A stretch of 64,000 bases of DNA. It comes from an uncultured Candidatus Saccharibacteria bacterium (lineage in GTDB: Bacteria > Patescibacteriota > Minisyncoccia > Minisyncoccales > CAZJYT01). Every line of letters starts with the position of its first letter. The stretch's first letter is position 1. The stretch covers positions 3,929 to 67,928 of the forward strand of contig CAZKFX010000001.1 in NCBI GenBank assembly GCA_964552375.1, in the 5' to 3' direction. The translations under genes and the position numbers were made by a program. The notes under the pieces were generated by a model. The model made no database searches. It had not been told where the DNA came from and was given only the letters and a program-made list of their open reading frames with translations. Positions 36,748-45,726 of the stretch are shown piece by piece.

Positions 36748-37851
36748 ATGGCAAAAATTACTCTTTCTCTTATTAAAGCAGATATTGGTTCTGTTGGAGG
36801 ACATCTTAAACCAAGTGAAAAATTGTTAGACGCAGTAAAAAAGTATATAAAACAAAAAGGTAAAGATTTTATAATTGATTATTATGTTGGTTTTACTGGC
36901 GATGATGTTGCTATTTTAACAACTCATAGATTAGGAAAAAGAAATCCTAAAGTTCACAAACTTTGCTGGAATGCCTTTTTAGCTGGAACCAAGGTAGCTA
37001 AATCTCAGGGATTATATGGAGCAGGACAAGATTTGTTAGTTTCTGCTTTTTCTGGAAATGTTAAGGGAATGGGGCCCCAAGTAGCTGAAATGGAATTTGA
37101 AGAAAGACCCTCAGAACCATTTTTAATATTCTGCGCTGATAAAACCGAACCCGGAGCCTTTAATTTACCTGTTTATTTAGCTTTTACAGATCCGATGCAT
37201 TGTGCTGGTTTGATTTTATCTCCAAATTTAAAAAAGGGATTTAAATTTGTGATTATGGATGTTAGCTATACTAAAGGAGACAGAATAATTGAATTGGTAA
37301 GCCCAGAAGAAATTTATGATATTGCTTGTTTGTTAAGAGATACGGGGAGATTTGTAATTGAATCTGTTTGGTCAAGAGCAACTGGAGAGCAAGCTGTAAT
37401 AGCAAGCACTACTAGATTGCACAATATTGCTGGAAAATATGTAGGAAAAGACGATCCGGTAATGATTGTAAGAACTCAAAAAGATTTTCCAGCTACTGGT
37501 GAAATTCTTTCTCCATATACAATTGGGCATTTTGTTGCTGGGTTTATGAGAGGATCTCACAATGGACCATTAATGCCAGTAAAGAAGAATTCCCATATTT
37601 CTTTTTTTGATGGTCCTCCAGTGGTTTCTTGTTTGGCTTTTTCTGTAAAAAATGGAAAATTGACAGAACCAGTAGATTGTTTTGACCACCCCTATTGGGA
37701 TTGGGTAAGAGATAGAATTTCTCAAAAAGCTCAAGAAATTAGAAGACAGGGATTTTTTGGCAATGCCATGCTTCCAATGTCAGAATTAGAATATACTGGA
37801 GTAATGGAAAGCTTAAAAAAATTAGAAAAGAAATTCTTCATTAGAAAATAA
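36748..37851 (+). CDS. fbp: Bifunctional fructose-1,6-bisphosphate aldolase/phosphatase (class V)
   Basis: IKADIGSVGGH, GLYGAGQDLL, DKTEPGAFN, YVGKDDP, GFMRGSHNGPLMP, FDGPP. Confidence 0.95.
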   Translation: MAKITLSLIKADIGSVGGHLKPSEKLLDAVKKYIKQKGKDFIIDYYVGFTGDDVAILTTHRLGKRNPKVHKLCWNAFLAGTKVAKSQGLYGAGQDLLVSAFSGNVKGMGPQVAEMEFEERPSEPFLIFCADKTEPGAFNLPVYLAFTDPMHCAGLILSPNLKKGFKFVIMDVSYTKGDRIIELVSPEEIYDIACLLRDTGRFVIESVWSRATGEQAVIASTTRLHNIAGKYVGKDDPVMIVRTQKDFPATGEILSPYTIGHFVAGFMRGSHNGPLMPVKKNSHISFFDGPPVVSCLAFSVKNGKLTEPVDCFDHPYWDWVRDRISQKAQEIRRQGFFGNAMLPMSELEYTGVMESLKKLEKKFFIRK

Positions 37852-37855
37852 AATC

Positions 37856-38500
37856 ATGCTTTCTCTGAAAGCAAAGATTAGGAAAGAGAGAAAAAAAAGA
37901 GCTTTAAAGAAATTAAGGGAAAAAGGACTAATTCCTGCTATTTTATATGGCTCTAAAATTAAAAATATTTGTTTGACTTTAGACTTAAAAGAATTTGAAA
38001 AAGTATATAAAAAAGCAGGCGAGACAGAGATGATAAAATTGGAGGTTGATGATGGAAAAGAGTATTTGGTTTTAATAAAAGAAGTAGCTCTCCATCCTTT
38101 GACAGACAAACCCCTCCATGTTGATTTTTATCATCCAGAATTAAAAGAAGAAATTGAGGTAGTTTTACCTTTAGTTTTTGAAGGAGAGGCTCCTGCTGTC
38201 AAAGAATTGGGTGGTACTTTAGTGAAAAAACTTTCTGAGATAGAGGTAAGAGGTCTTTTACAAAAACTTCCAAAAGAGATAAAAGTAGACATTAGCTCTC
38301 TCTGCACATTTGATGACCGAATTTTGGTTGGAGATTTAAAATTACCAGAAGGAGTAAAGGTTTTAAGAGATTCAAAAGAAATTTTAGCTTTCGTAGCTCC
38401 TCCAGAAAAAGTAGAAGAGGAGTTGGAAAAACCTCCAAAAGAAGAAATTCAAGAGGTTGAGGTGATAAAGGAAAAGAAAAAAGAAAGTGAAGGCGCCTAA
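37856..38500 (+). CDS. rplY: 50S ribosomal protein L25/Ctc
   Basis: LREKGLIPAILYG, HPLTDKPLHVDF, GEAPAVKELGG. Confidence 0.95.
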   Translation: MLSLKAKIRKERKKRALKKLREKGLIPAILYGSKIKNICLTLDLKEFEKVYKKAGETEMIKLEVDDGKEYLVLIKEVALHPLTDKPLHVDFYHPELKEEIEVVLPLVFEGEAPAVKELGGTLVKKLSEIEVRGLLQKLPKEIKVDISSLCTFDDRILVGDLKLPEGVKVLRDSKEILAFVAPPEKVEEELEKPPKEEIQEVEVIKEKKKESEGA

Positions 38501-38503
38501 AAA

Positions 38504-40004
38504 TATGAATTTTTTTAAAAAACTAAAGAGTTTTCTCTCTTTATTTTTTTTGTTTGTTTTTTTGTTTTTAGTCTTAATTTTGCCTTATTTTTTTATCTTT
38601 GCTCAAAATGAAGAACTTTGTGAAAGCAGGACTGAGTGCAAAGAGCTTTTAAAAAAATATGAAGAGAAAATCGCCGAATTAGAAAAAGAAATGCAAAAAG
38701 CAAAAGAAAAGAAAATGACCCTTAAAAATGAACTTTATTTGCTTAACAAAAAACTTAAAAAATTAAAATTAAAAATTGAACAAAATCAGGCTCTTATTAA
38801 AGAATTAAGCCTTGAAATTAAAGATACCGAAGATTCTATTGAAAAGACAATTTTTGAGATTGAAAACTCAAAAGAAAATTTAGCAAAAATTTTAAGAGAA
38901 ATTTACAAAGAAGATCAAAAATCCCCGATAGAGATTTTACTTTCAAGAGGAAGGCTTTCTGATTATTTTACTCATTTAACCGATTTGCAAATTTTAAGTG
39001 CAGAAAATGAAAAGATTTTAAATAACATAAAAGAGGCTAAAAATTTGTTAGAAGAGCAAAAAAGATCTTTAAAAGAAGACAAAATGGCATTGGAAAAAAC
39101 GCTTAAATTTCAGATTTTGCAAAAAAAGCTAAAAGAAGAAGCTCAAGAGGAAAATAATAAACTTTTAAAATTAAGCGAAGCCCAATATCAAAGGCTTAAA
39201 AAAGAAAAAAAGAAAGCAGAAAAGAAAGCAGAGGAAATAAGAAAAAGACTTTTTAGATTAATTGGAGTGAAAAAAATTCCCACCTATCAAGAAGCTTTAA
39301 TGGTGGCTAAAGAAATAGAAGAACTTACTCAAATTAGAGCTCCTTTTTTGTTGGCAATTTTAACCCAAGAATCAAGATTGGGAAAAAATGTTGGCCAATG
39401 TTATTTAAGAGACTTTAAGACGGGGAAAGGAGTAAAAATTGTAAATGGTAAAGAGATTCCTTGGCCAAGGGTAATGAAGCCCAGTTGGATACCTTTATTT
39501 TTAGAAACTACAAAAGATTTAAATTTAGATCCCAAAAATACTCCGGTTTCTTGTTGGATTCCAGCCTGTGCCAATAGGTGGCGGGTTTTTTGGCAAAAAA
39601 AATACGTTGAGGTTTCTCCAGAAGGTGAACCAATTTGTAAATGTAAAAATTGTTATCCTTATGGCTGGGGAGGAGCAATGGGGCCTGCTCAATTAATGCC
39701 TTTCAATTGGATAGGAAGTGATAAATATAAAGAGAGGATAGAATTTATTACTAAAAAGAAAGCTAATCCTTGGGATTTTTTTGATGCAGCCTTAGGAGCT
39801 GCCTTGCACTTGAAAGATTGTTTTGAGTGGGGAGCTAAAAACGAAAAAGAAGCTGCTGCTTGTTATTTTGGAGGACCCAGAAATATGAAAAAATCTTATC
39901 ATTTAAGTGTTTATGCAGAACCTGTAATGGCAATTTCAAAATGCCACCAAGATTTCATTGAGAATGAAAAGATGAGTGAATGGTGTCAGAGAATTATTTT
40001 TTAG
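38504..40004 (+). CDS. Membrane-anchored coiled-coil protein with lytic transglycosylase domain
   Basis: N-terminal TM, long coiled coil, LLAILTQES.LG.NVG, GWGGAMGPAQLMP; start uncertain (38487 or 38504). Confidence 0.8.
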
Positions 40005-40489
40005 TCCAAAATTGTCACTGGCAAAATTTTTTTGCCCCATTTTAGCATTTCTTTTTTATCTTTTACCAAAATATCAAAAATTCCATCATATTTGATGTTG
40101 GTTCTGTCTTCGCAAAAATATAATTTCCCCTCAATTATTACCCTAGTTCCAAAAGGATATTTTCTTGGGCAAGCTACAATGTTCTTTTTGGTTTTACAAA
40201 TATTCAAACCAGAAGCAGAAATACAGGGGGTATTATCTGTTTCTTTTTTTGAAGGATAATAGGCGGTAACCACAGCGATTATTGTCTTTGATTTTTTAAT
40301 TTTTGGTTCTTGAAAAGGAAAAGGCAAAAGAGAGTGATTTCTTACCAAAAGAACTCCAGAGATTGAAAAATCTTTTTTTTCTTTAAAATTTTCAGAAGCT
40401 TTTATTAATAAAAAAGAGCTTGAAAGAGAAAATAAGATTAATATGAAAAAAGTAATATTTAAAAAGATTAAAACTTTTATTTTTTTCAT
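40001..40489 (-). CDS. 3D-domain (MltA-like) cell-wall protein
   Basis: VTAY...ETDNTPCISASG, VACP..YPFGT.V, EDRT...FDI. Confidence 0.78.
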   Translation of the reverse strand: MKKIKVLIFLNITFFILILFSLSSSFLLIKASENFKEKKDFSISGVLLVRNHSLLPFPFQEPKIKKSKTIIAVVTAYYPSKKETDNTPCISASGLNICKTKKNIVACPRKYPFGTRVIIEGKLYFCEDRTNIKYDGIFDILVKDKKEMLKWGKKILPVTILD

Positions 40490-40541
40490 AATAATATTTT
40501 TTATTACATTGATATAATTTTAAAGTCAATAGAACTTAAAA

Positions 40542-41300
40542 ATGTTAGGTTATATCATTTTGGGAATTTTACAAGGAGTATTTGAATGGCTTCCCCTTTC
40601 TAGTGAAGCAATAGTGACTTTGGCAAATGAGTTTTTTTTAAAAAAAGAAATTTCAAACTCAATTGATCTTTCTTTGTTTTTACATTTTGGAACTCTTTTG
40701 GCAGTTTTAATTTATTTTAAAAAAGACTGGAGAGAAATTTTAGAGTTAAAAAATATTAAACTGCTTTATTTTTTAACAATTGCGACAATTACTTCTTTAA
40801 TTTTGGGTTTTCCTTTATATAAATTGGTTAAAAATGTTGCTGTAGGAAATTTTCTCTTGTTAATAACGGGTTTTGGATTATTTTTTACAGGTTTTTTAAG
40901 AAAAAAAGAAAAAAAATTTAAAAATAGGGATTACAATTTTAAATTAGCCTTAATTGCAGGTTTTTTTCAAGGTTTAGCAGTAATTCCAGGAGTTTCCAGG
41001 TCAGGAGTTACTATTTTTGCTCTTTCTTTGGGAGGGTTTTCTTTTCCCGAGATTTTAAAAATTTCTTATATGATGTCTTTGCCGGTTGTTTTTTTGAGCT
41101 CTTTTTATCTTCTTTTAAAAAATCCGATTTTGATTTTTGAGGGTTGGATTTCTTTAATTTTTAGTTTTTTAGTTGGGATTTTTACTTTAGATTTTTTGAT
41201 AAAATTGACAAAAAAAGTAAACTTTTCAAAAATTGCTTTCTTTTTTGGTTTTTTATGTATTCTTTCAGCTTTAATCAATTTTTTTGTGAAATTTTACTAA
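40542..41300 (+). CDS. uppP: Undecaprenyl-diphosphate phosphatase
   Basis: GILQGVFEWLPLSSE, HFGTLLA, QGLAVIPGVSRSG. Confidence 0.93.
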   Translation: MLGYIILGILQGVFEWLPLSSEAIVTLANEFFLKKEISNSIDLSLFLHFGTLLAVLIYFKKDWREILELKNIKLLYFLTIATITSLILGFPLYKLVKNVAVGNFLLLITGFGLFFTGFLRKKEKKFKNRDYNFKLALIAGFFQGLAVIPGVSRSGVTIFALSLGGFSFPEILKISYMMSLPVVFLSSFYLLLKNPILIFEGWISLIFSFLVGIFTLDFLIKLTKKVNFSKIAFFFGFLCILSALINFFVKFY

Positions 41301-41301
41301 A

Positions 41302-42288
41302 ATGAAACATTTTTCTTTTTTGGCAAAAATTACCCTAATAATTATTTTCTTTTTTAACTGCTTTTTGGGTTATCAGTTTTATCAAATAAAAACAGAATTT
41401 ACCAGAGAAACAGAGTCAAAAAAGGAAATTTTAAAAGAAAAAGAAAAATTGGAAAATTTAGTAAAAAAATATCAAAAAGAAAATAAACTTTTAAAAGAAA
41501 AAGAGAAAGCTCTAAAAGAAAAAATTGAGGCAATAAAAAATGAAATTGAAGATTTAGAAAAAAAAGTTCAAAAATTGAAGGTTTTAAAAGAAAAAAAGAA
41601 ATTTTATCTGCCAATTTTGGTTTACCATCATATTGAAAAAGTCTCTGATAATACTTCGCCTCTTAAAAGAAAGTTAAGTGTTTCACCTTTAATTTTTGAA
41701 AAACAAATGGAATATTTATTTTTACAAAATTACCATCCTATCACTTTTTGTGATTTAGAAAAATTTATTTTTGAGGGAAAGTCTCTTTCAGAGAGGAGTT
41801 TAATTGTTACTTTTGATGATGGTTGGCTTTCTCAATATAAAAATGCTCTTCCAATTTTAAAAAAATACAAATTTCCTGCTGTATTTTTTATTGTTACAGA
41901 TTATGTTGGAGGCTCTTCTTTTATGAATTGGGAACAATTGGAAAATTTAAAGAAAAATGGAATGGAAATTGGTTCTCATTCAGTTTCTCATCCAGATTTG
42001 ACCTTAATTTCTCCTCCAAAATTGGATTTTCAGATTAAAAATAGCAAGTTAATTTTAGAAAAAAAACTTAATTTGAAAATAAAAGCTTTTGCCTACCCTT
42101 ATGGAAATTACAATTCAAAAGTGATAGCGACATTAAAAAAACATGGATATTTGTTTGGTAGAACCGTTCTTACTTTAAAAGAAAAAAAGATTTTTTGGCA
42201 GAGCTTAGATAATTTATATGCTTTAAAAGCAATTCAAGTGCCAAATTCTTTAAAAGAGTTTAAAAACCTTTTCCCGCCAAAAGAATAA
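41302..42288 (+). CDS. Polysaccharide deacetylase (CE4) with TM anchor and coiled coil
   Basis: PILVYH, VTFDDG, EIGSHSVSHPDL, FAYPYG. Confidence 0.9.
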   Translation: MKHFSFLAKITLIIIFFFNCFLGYQFYQIKTEFTRETESKKEILKEKEKLENLVKKYQKENKLLKEKEKALKEKIEAIKNEIEDLEKKVQKLKVLKEKKKFYLPILVYHHIEKVSDNTSPLKRKLSVSPLIFEKQMEYLFLQNYHPITFCDLEKFIFEGKSLSERSLIVTFDDGWLSQYKNALPILKKYKFPAVFFIVTDYVGGSSFMNWEQLENLKKNGMEIGSHSVSHPDLTLISPPKLDFQIKNSKLILEKKLNLKIKAFAYPYGNYNSKVIATLKKHGYLFGRTVLTLKEKKIFWQSLDNLYALKAIQVPNSLKEFKNLFPPKE

Positions 42289-42292
42289 ATTT

Positions 42293-43021
42293 TTATAAAT
42301 TAGCTTTTTGAAGAGATTTAATTATTTTATCTAAGTCTCCTTCTAAAACATCTTCTAAATTGTGCCAGCTTTTTTTTATTCTATGGTCAGTAATTCTGTT
42401 TTGGGGGAAATTATAAGTTCTAATTTTTTCAGCCCTTTCTGAAGAACCTATTTGACTTTTTCTCTGTGTTTGAATTTTTTCTAATTCTTCCCTTTTTTGT
42501 TTTTCTAATAATTTAGCCTCCAAAATAGATAGAGCATTTTCTTTGTTTTGAAACAAACTTCTTTCTGTTTGAGAAGTTACTACTATTCCTGTAGGTAAAT
42601 GGGTAATTCTTATAGCGGTCATTCTTTTGTTTACATATTGGCCTCCAGGCCCTGAGGCTTTATAAGTTTCAATTTTTAATTCATTAGGATTAATTTTAAT
42701 TTCTGCTTTTTTTGGTTTTGGTAAAACAACTACCGAAGCAGTAGAAGTATGAATTCTTCCTGATTTTTCTGTAATAGGAATTCTTTGGACTCTATGGACT
42801 CCTCCTTCATATTTTAGCTGTGAAAAAGCATTTTCTCCTTCAACCTCAAAAACAATTTTTTTAATTCCATTCAAATCACTATAGTGACAATCTAAGACTT
42901 TTAGTTTCCAGTTTTTCTTTTGACAAAATTTAGAGTACATTCTAAAAAGATCTCTTGCAAACAGAGAAGCTTCCTCTCCACCGGCCCCCGCTCTTATTTC
43001 TAAAATTACTTTTTCTTTCAT
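42293..43021 (-). CDS. prfA: Peptide chain release factor 1 lacking the N-terminal domain
   Basis: [26 protein letters not shown] (PxT), [24 protein letters not shown]; directly follows rpmE. Confidence 0.88.
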   Translation of the reverse strand: MKEKVILEIRAGAGGEEASLFARDLFRMYSKFCQKKNWKLKVLDCHYSDLNGIKKIVFEVEGENAFSQLKYEGGVHRVQRIPITEKSGRIHTSTASVVVLPKPKKAEIKINPNELKIETYKASGPGGQYVNKRMTAIRITHLPTGIVVTSQTERSLFQNKENALSILEAKLLEKQKREELEKIQTQRKSQIGSSERAEKIRTYNFPQNRITDHRIKKSWHNLEDVLEGDLDKIIKSLQKANL

Positions 43022-43239
43022 TTCTCTCTGAGTTTTTTTGATTTGGCTAATTTTTGCTTAAATTTTTCTACTCTTCCCATCGTATCTACAATTTTTTCTT
43101 TTCCAGTATAAAAAGGATGGCAAGCAGAACAAATTTCTACCTTAATAAATTCTTTTGTAGAACCCACAAAAAAAGTATTTCCACACGCACATTCTACCTT
43201 AGCCTTTGGATAATATTTTGGATGAATTCCCTTTTTCAT
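43018..43239 (-). CDS. rpmE: 50S ribosomal protein L31 (Zn-binding type)
   Basis: [29 protein letters not shown]. Confidence 0.98.
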   Translation of the reverse strand: MKKGIHPKYYPKAKVECACGNTFFVGSTKEFIKVEICSACHPFYTGKEKIVDTMGRVEKFKQKLAKSKKLREK

Positions 43240-43303
43240 ATATTTAAATTTATATAGCTTTTTTCTTGAAAAATCAAGTTTTATATGTTAAAAGAAAATA
43301 TTT

Positions 43304-44014
43304 ATGATGACAGAAATGGAAACCTTAGATTTTAAATTGGAAATAAATGAGATGGCCAAAGCAGGTCTTCATTTTGGCCATTCGGTTTCCAAGGTTCATC
43401 CCAAAATGTTGCCTTATTTGGCTGGAGTAAGAAATGCCATTCATATTATTGATTTAGAAAAAACAAAGGAAAAACTTGAAGAGGCTTTAAAATTTATTTA
43501 TCAATTAGTAAAAGAAAATAAAATTATTCTTTTTGTGGGCACTAAAATTCAAGTTAGAGATTTAGTTAAAGAAATAGCTTTAGCTACTGGTTTTCCTTAT
43601 GTAAATCAAAGATGGTTAGGGGGCACTTTTACAAATTTTGATGTTATAAGAAAAAGAGTGGAATATATGAAAGAGTTGGAGTTAAAATTAAAAGATCCAC
43701 AGATAAGATCAAAATATACAAAAAAAGAAATAAATTTGTTAAAAGAAAAATTAGAAAAACTAAAATTAAAATTTGATGGAATAAGAAATTTAGAAAGAAT
43801 TCCCGATGCTATTTTTGTGATAGATATGGTAAGAGATTATTTAGCAATAAAAGAAGCAAGAAAAAAAGGAGTTAAAGTTGTAGCCATTTCAGATAGTAAT
43901 TCAAATCCAACCTTGGCTGATTATTTCATTCCTGCTAATGATGATGCTATTTTTTCGGTAAAATATATTTTAGATAAAGTAAAAGAAGCAATATTGAAAG
44001 CAAAAGGAAAATAA
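43304..44014 (+). CDS. rpsB: 30S ribosomal protein S2
   Basis: AGLHFGH, IIDLEKT, FVGTK, RWLGGTFTNF, IPANDDA. Confidence 0.98.
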   Translation: MMTEMETLDFKLEINEMAKAGLHFGHSVSKVHPKMLPYLAGVRNAIHIIDLEKTKEKLEEALKFIYQLVKENKIILFVGTKIQVRDLVKEIALATGFPYVNQRWLGGTFTNFDVIRKRVEYMKELELKLKDPQIRSKYTKKEINLLKEKLEKLKLKFDGIRNLERIPDAIFVIDMVRDYLAIKEARKKGVKVVAISDSNSNPTLADYFIPANDDAIFSVKYILDKVKEAILKAKGK

Positions 44015-44020
44015 AAAATT

Positions 44021-44467
44021 ATGGTATCAATTGAGAAAATTAAAAAATTAAGAAAAGAAACCCAGCTTTCTCTTTTGGAATGTAAAAACGCTTTAATAAA
44101 AGCCAATGGTGATTTAGAAAAAGCAAAAGAAATTTTAAGAAAATGGGGCAAAGAAATAGCTGACAAAAAAAGAGAAAGAGAAACTAGAGAGGGAATAATT
44201 GAAAGCTATGTTCATGCTAACAAAAAAATTGGTGTTTTGTTAGAATTAAATTGTGAAAGTGATTTTGTTGCCAAAAATTCAGAATTCCAAAGGTTAGCCC
44301 ATGAGTTAGCTTTACAAATTGCAGCTGTTGACCCAAATGAAATTCCTTTGTTAGAACAAAACTGGATAAAAGACGAAAAAAAGAAAATAAAAGAACTAAT
44401 TGAAGAATATATTGCTAAATTGGGTGAAAATATTGTTTTGAGAAGGTTTGTAAGATATGAAATTTGA
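44021..44467 (+). CDS. tsf: Elongation factor Ts (short form)
   Basis: [33 protein letters not shown]. Confidence 0.95.
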   Translation: MVSIEKIKKLRKETQLSLLECKNALIKANGDLEKAKEILRKWGKEIADKKRERETREGIIESYVHANKKIGVLLELNCESDFVAKNSEFQRLAHELALQIAAVDPNEIPLLEQNWIKDEKKKIKELIEEYIAKLGENIVLRRFVRYEI

Positions 44468-44780
44468 GATTTCAGAAATAATTGCTCTTTTTGGATTGAT
44501 TTTTGGTTTTTCAGGAATGGCAATTATAATTTTAAGGAAAATTCCTGTTTTGGTTGAGTTGCCACAAATTCCTTCAAAGAAACCGGTTTTAAAACCAAAG
44601 ATTTCAAAAAAAATTTCTTTTGAGAGGGTTTTAGAAAAAGCATTGAGAAAAATAAGGATTCAGCTTTTAAAGTTAGAAAGAATTCTTTTTTTGAAAATCC
44701 AGCAGATAAAAAGAAATTCAGAAAAAGAAAGAGAAAATATTAAATATTGGGAAAAGATTAAAAGGGAATTGAAAAAATAA
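44457..44780 (+). CDS. Hypothetical membrane-anchored basic protein
   Basis: N-terminal TM then [15 protein letters not shown]; overlaps the tsf stop. Confidence 0.6.
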   Translation: MKFEISEIIALFGLIFGFSGMAIIILRKIPVLVELPQIPSKKPVLKPKISKKISFERVLEKALRKIRIQLLKLERILFLKIQQIKRNSEKERENIKYWEKIKRELKK

Positions 44781-44783
44781 AAT

Positions 44784-44856
44784 GCCGTCCTAGCTCAATT
44801 GGCAGAGCAGTGGTTTTGTAAACCACCGGTTCGGGGTTCGAGTCCCCGGGACGGCT
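44784..44856 (+). tRNA. tRNA-Thr(TGT)
   Basis: Acceptor GCCGTCC/GGACGGC, anticodon arm GTGGT-TT TGT AA-ACCAC, GTTCGAGTC. Confidence 0.97.
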
Positions 44857-44863
44857 CAATTTT

Positions 44864-45706
44864 TTAAGTTTTATTTTTTTGTTTTCTTTTTCTATAAAGA
44901 ACTAAAATCACAAACAAAAGTACAAAAATTAATATTCCCAAAATTATTGCTCCAATTTTCAAAAAAACCATTATTTTTGGTTTTCTTTCTTTTGGCGAAA
45001 GACAATCTAAATCTTCATTTGCAAGACAATCTGGATCACAAATTCCATCTATTGCTCTATCACAATAGTTATCTTTTCCTCCAGAAGGACAATCTTGAGG
45101 GCAATTTTTATAATTTTCTCCTTTTTCACATTTTCCATTAGAGCAAACAGCTACTTTTTGGCAGTCTGGATCTTCTTTCTTAATACAATCTGGATCACAT
45201 ATTCCGTCTTTTACTTTATCACAATATCCATCAGCGCCCCCAGAAGGACAGTCTTTTGGACAGTTTTTATAATTTTCACCCAGGACACATTTTCCGTCTC
45301 CGCAAACTCCTTCTTTTAATTCCAATTGCATTAATTTTGTCACCTCAATTTCTCTGTTGTCAGGCAAAATACAGACAGCACATTTTGGAGAAAGCAAATG
45401 AGCACATTTTTTTCTATCTTTAATGGTTTTCATTTCATAACCCTTTTTTGTACAAAAACTATATTCTTTTCCACACTCTCCCCATAAGAACTTCCAGGCA
45501 ACACAACTTTTTTTATTGGGAAAAACACAAATACCATATTGATTTCCTTTTTCGTCGGTTTTAATTTGATAATCATACCCCAATTTATAACAATAAAGAG
45601 CAGCTGGATTTTTTAGAGCTAAAACTTTAGAGAAAATGAAAATTCCCACAAAAAGGAATAAAAAAATGGAAAAATTTTTTATTTTTTTCATATTCATAAT
45701 ATTCAT
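44864..45706 (-). CDS. DUF333-like, Cys-rich repeat surface protein with C-terminal TM
   Basis: Signal peptide, NPAALYC..LG...GICVFP...C.AW.F..GEC, two 48-aa Cys repeats, C-terminal TM plus basic tail. Confidence 0.75.
   Translation of the reverse strand: MNIMNMKKIKNFSIFLFLFVGIFIFSKVLALKNPAALYCYKLGYDYQIKTDEKGNQYGICVFPNKKSCVAWKFLWGECGKEYSFCTKKGYEMKTIKDRKKCAHLLSPKCAVCILPDNREIEVTKLMQLELKEGVCGDGKCVLGENYKNCPKDCPSGGADGYCDKVKDGICDPDCIKKEDPDCQKVAVCSNGKCEKGENYKNCPQDCPSGGKDNYCDRAIDGICDPDCLANEDLDCLSPKERKPKIMVFLKIGAIILGILIFVLLFVILVLYRKRKQKNKT
45002..45304 (-). repeat. Intragenic duplicated Cys-rich module (two 144-bp units)
   Basis: CGDGKCVLGENYKNCPKDCPSGGADGYCD..KDGICDPDC versus CSNGKCEKGENYKNCPQDCPSGGKDNYCD..IDGICDPDC. 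Confidence 0.85.
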
Positions 45707-45726
45707 AAAAAATTTAATTTTTTATT

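Noticed and set aside
42293-43239. Programmed frameshift supplying the RF N-terminus (as in prfB)
   Set aside because: The protein has the RF1 PxT motif, the upstream DNA is fully occupied by rpmE, and no CTTTGA slippery site is present at the junction.
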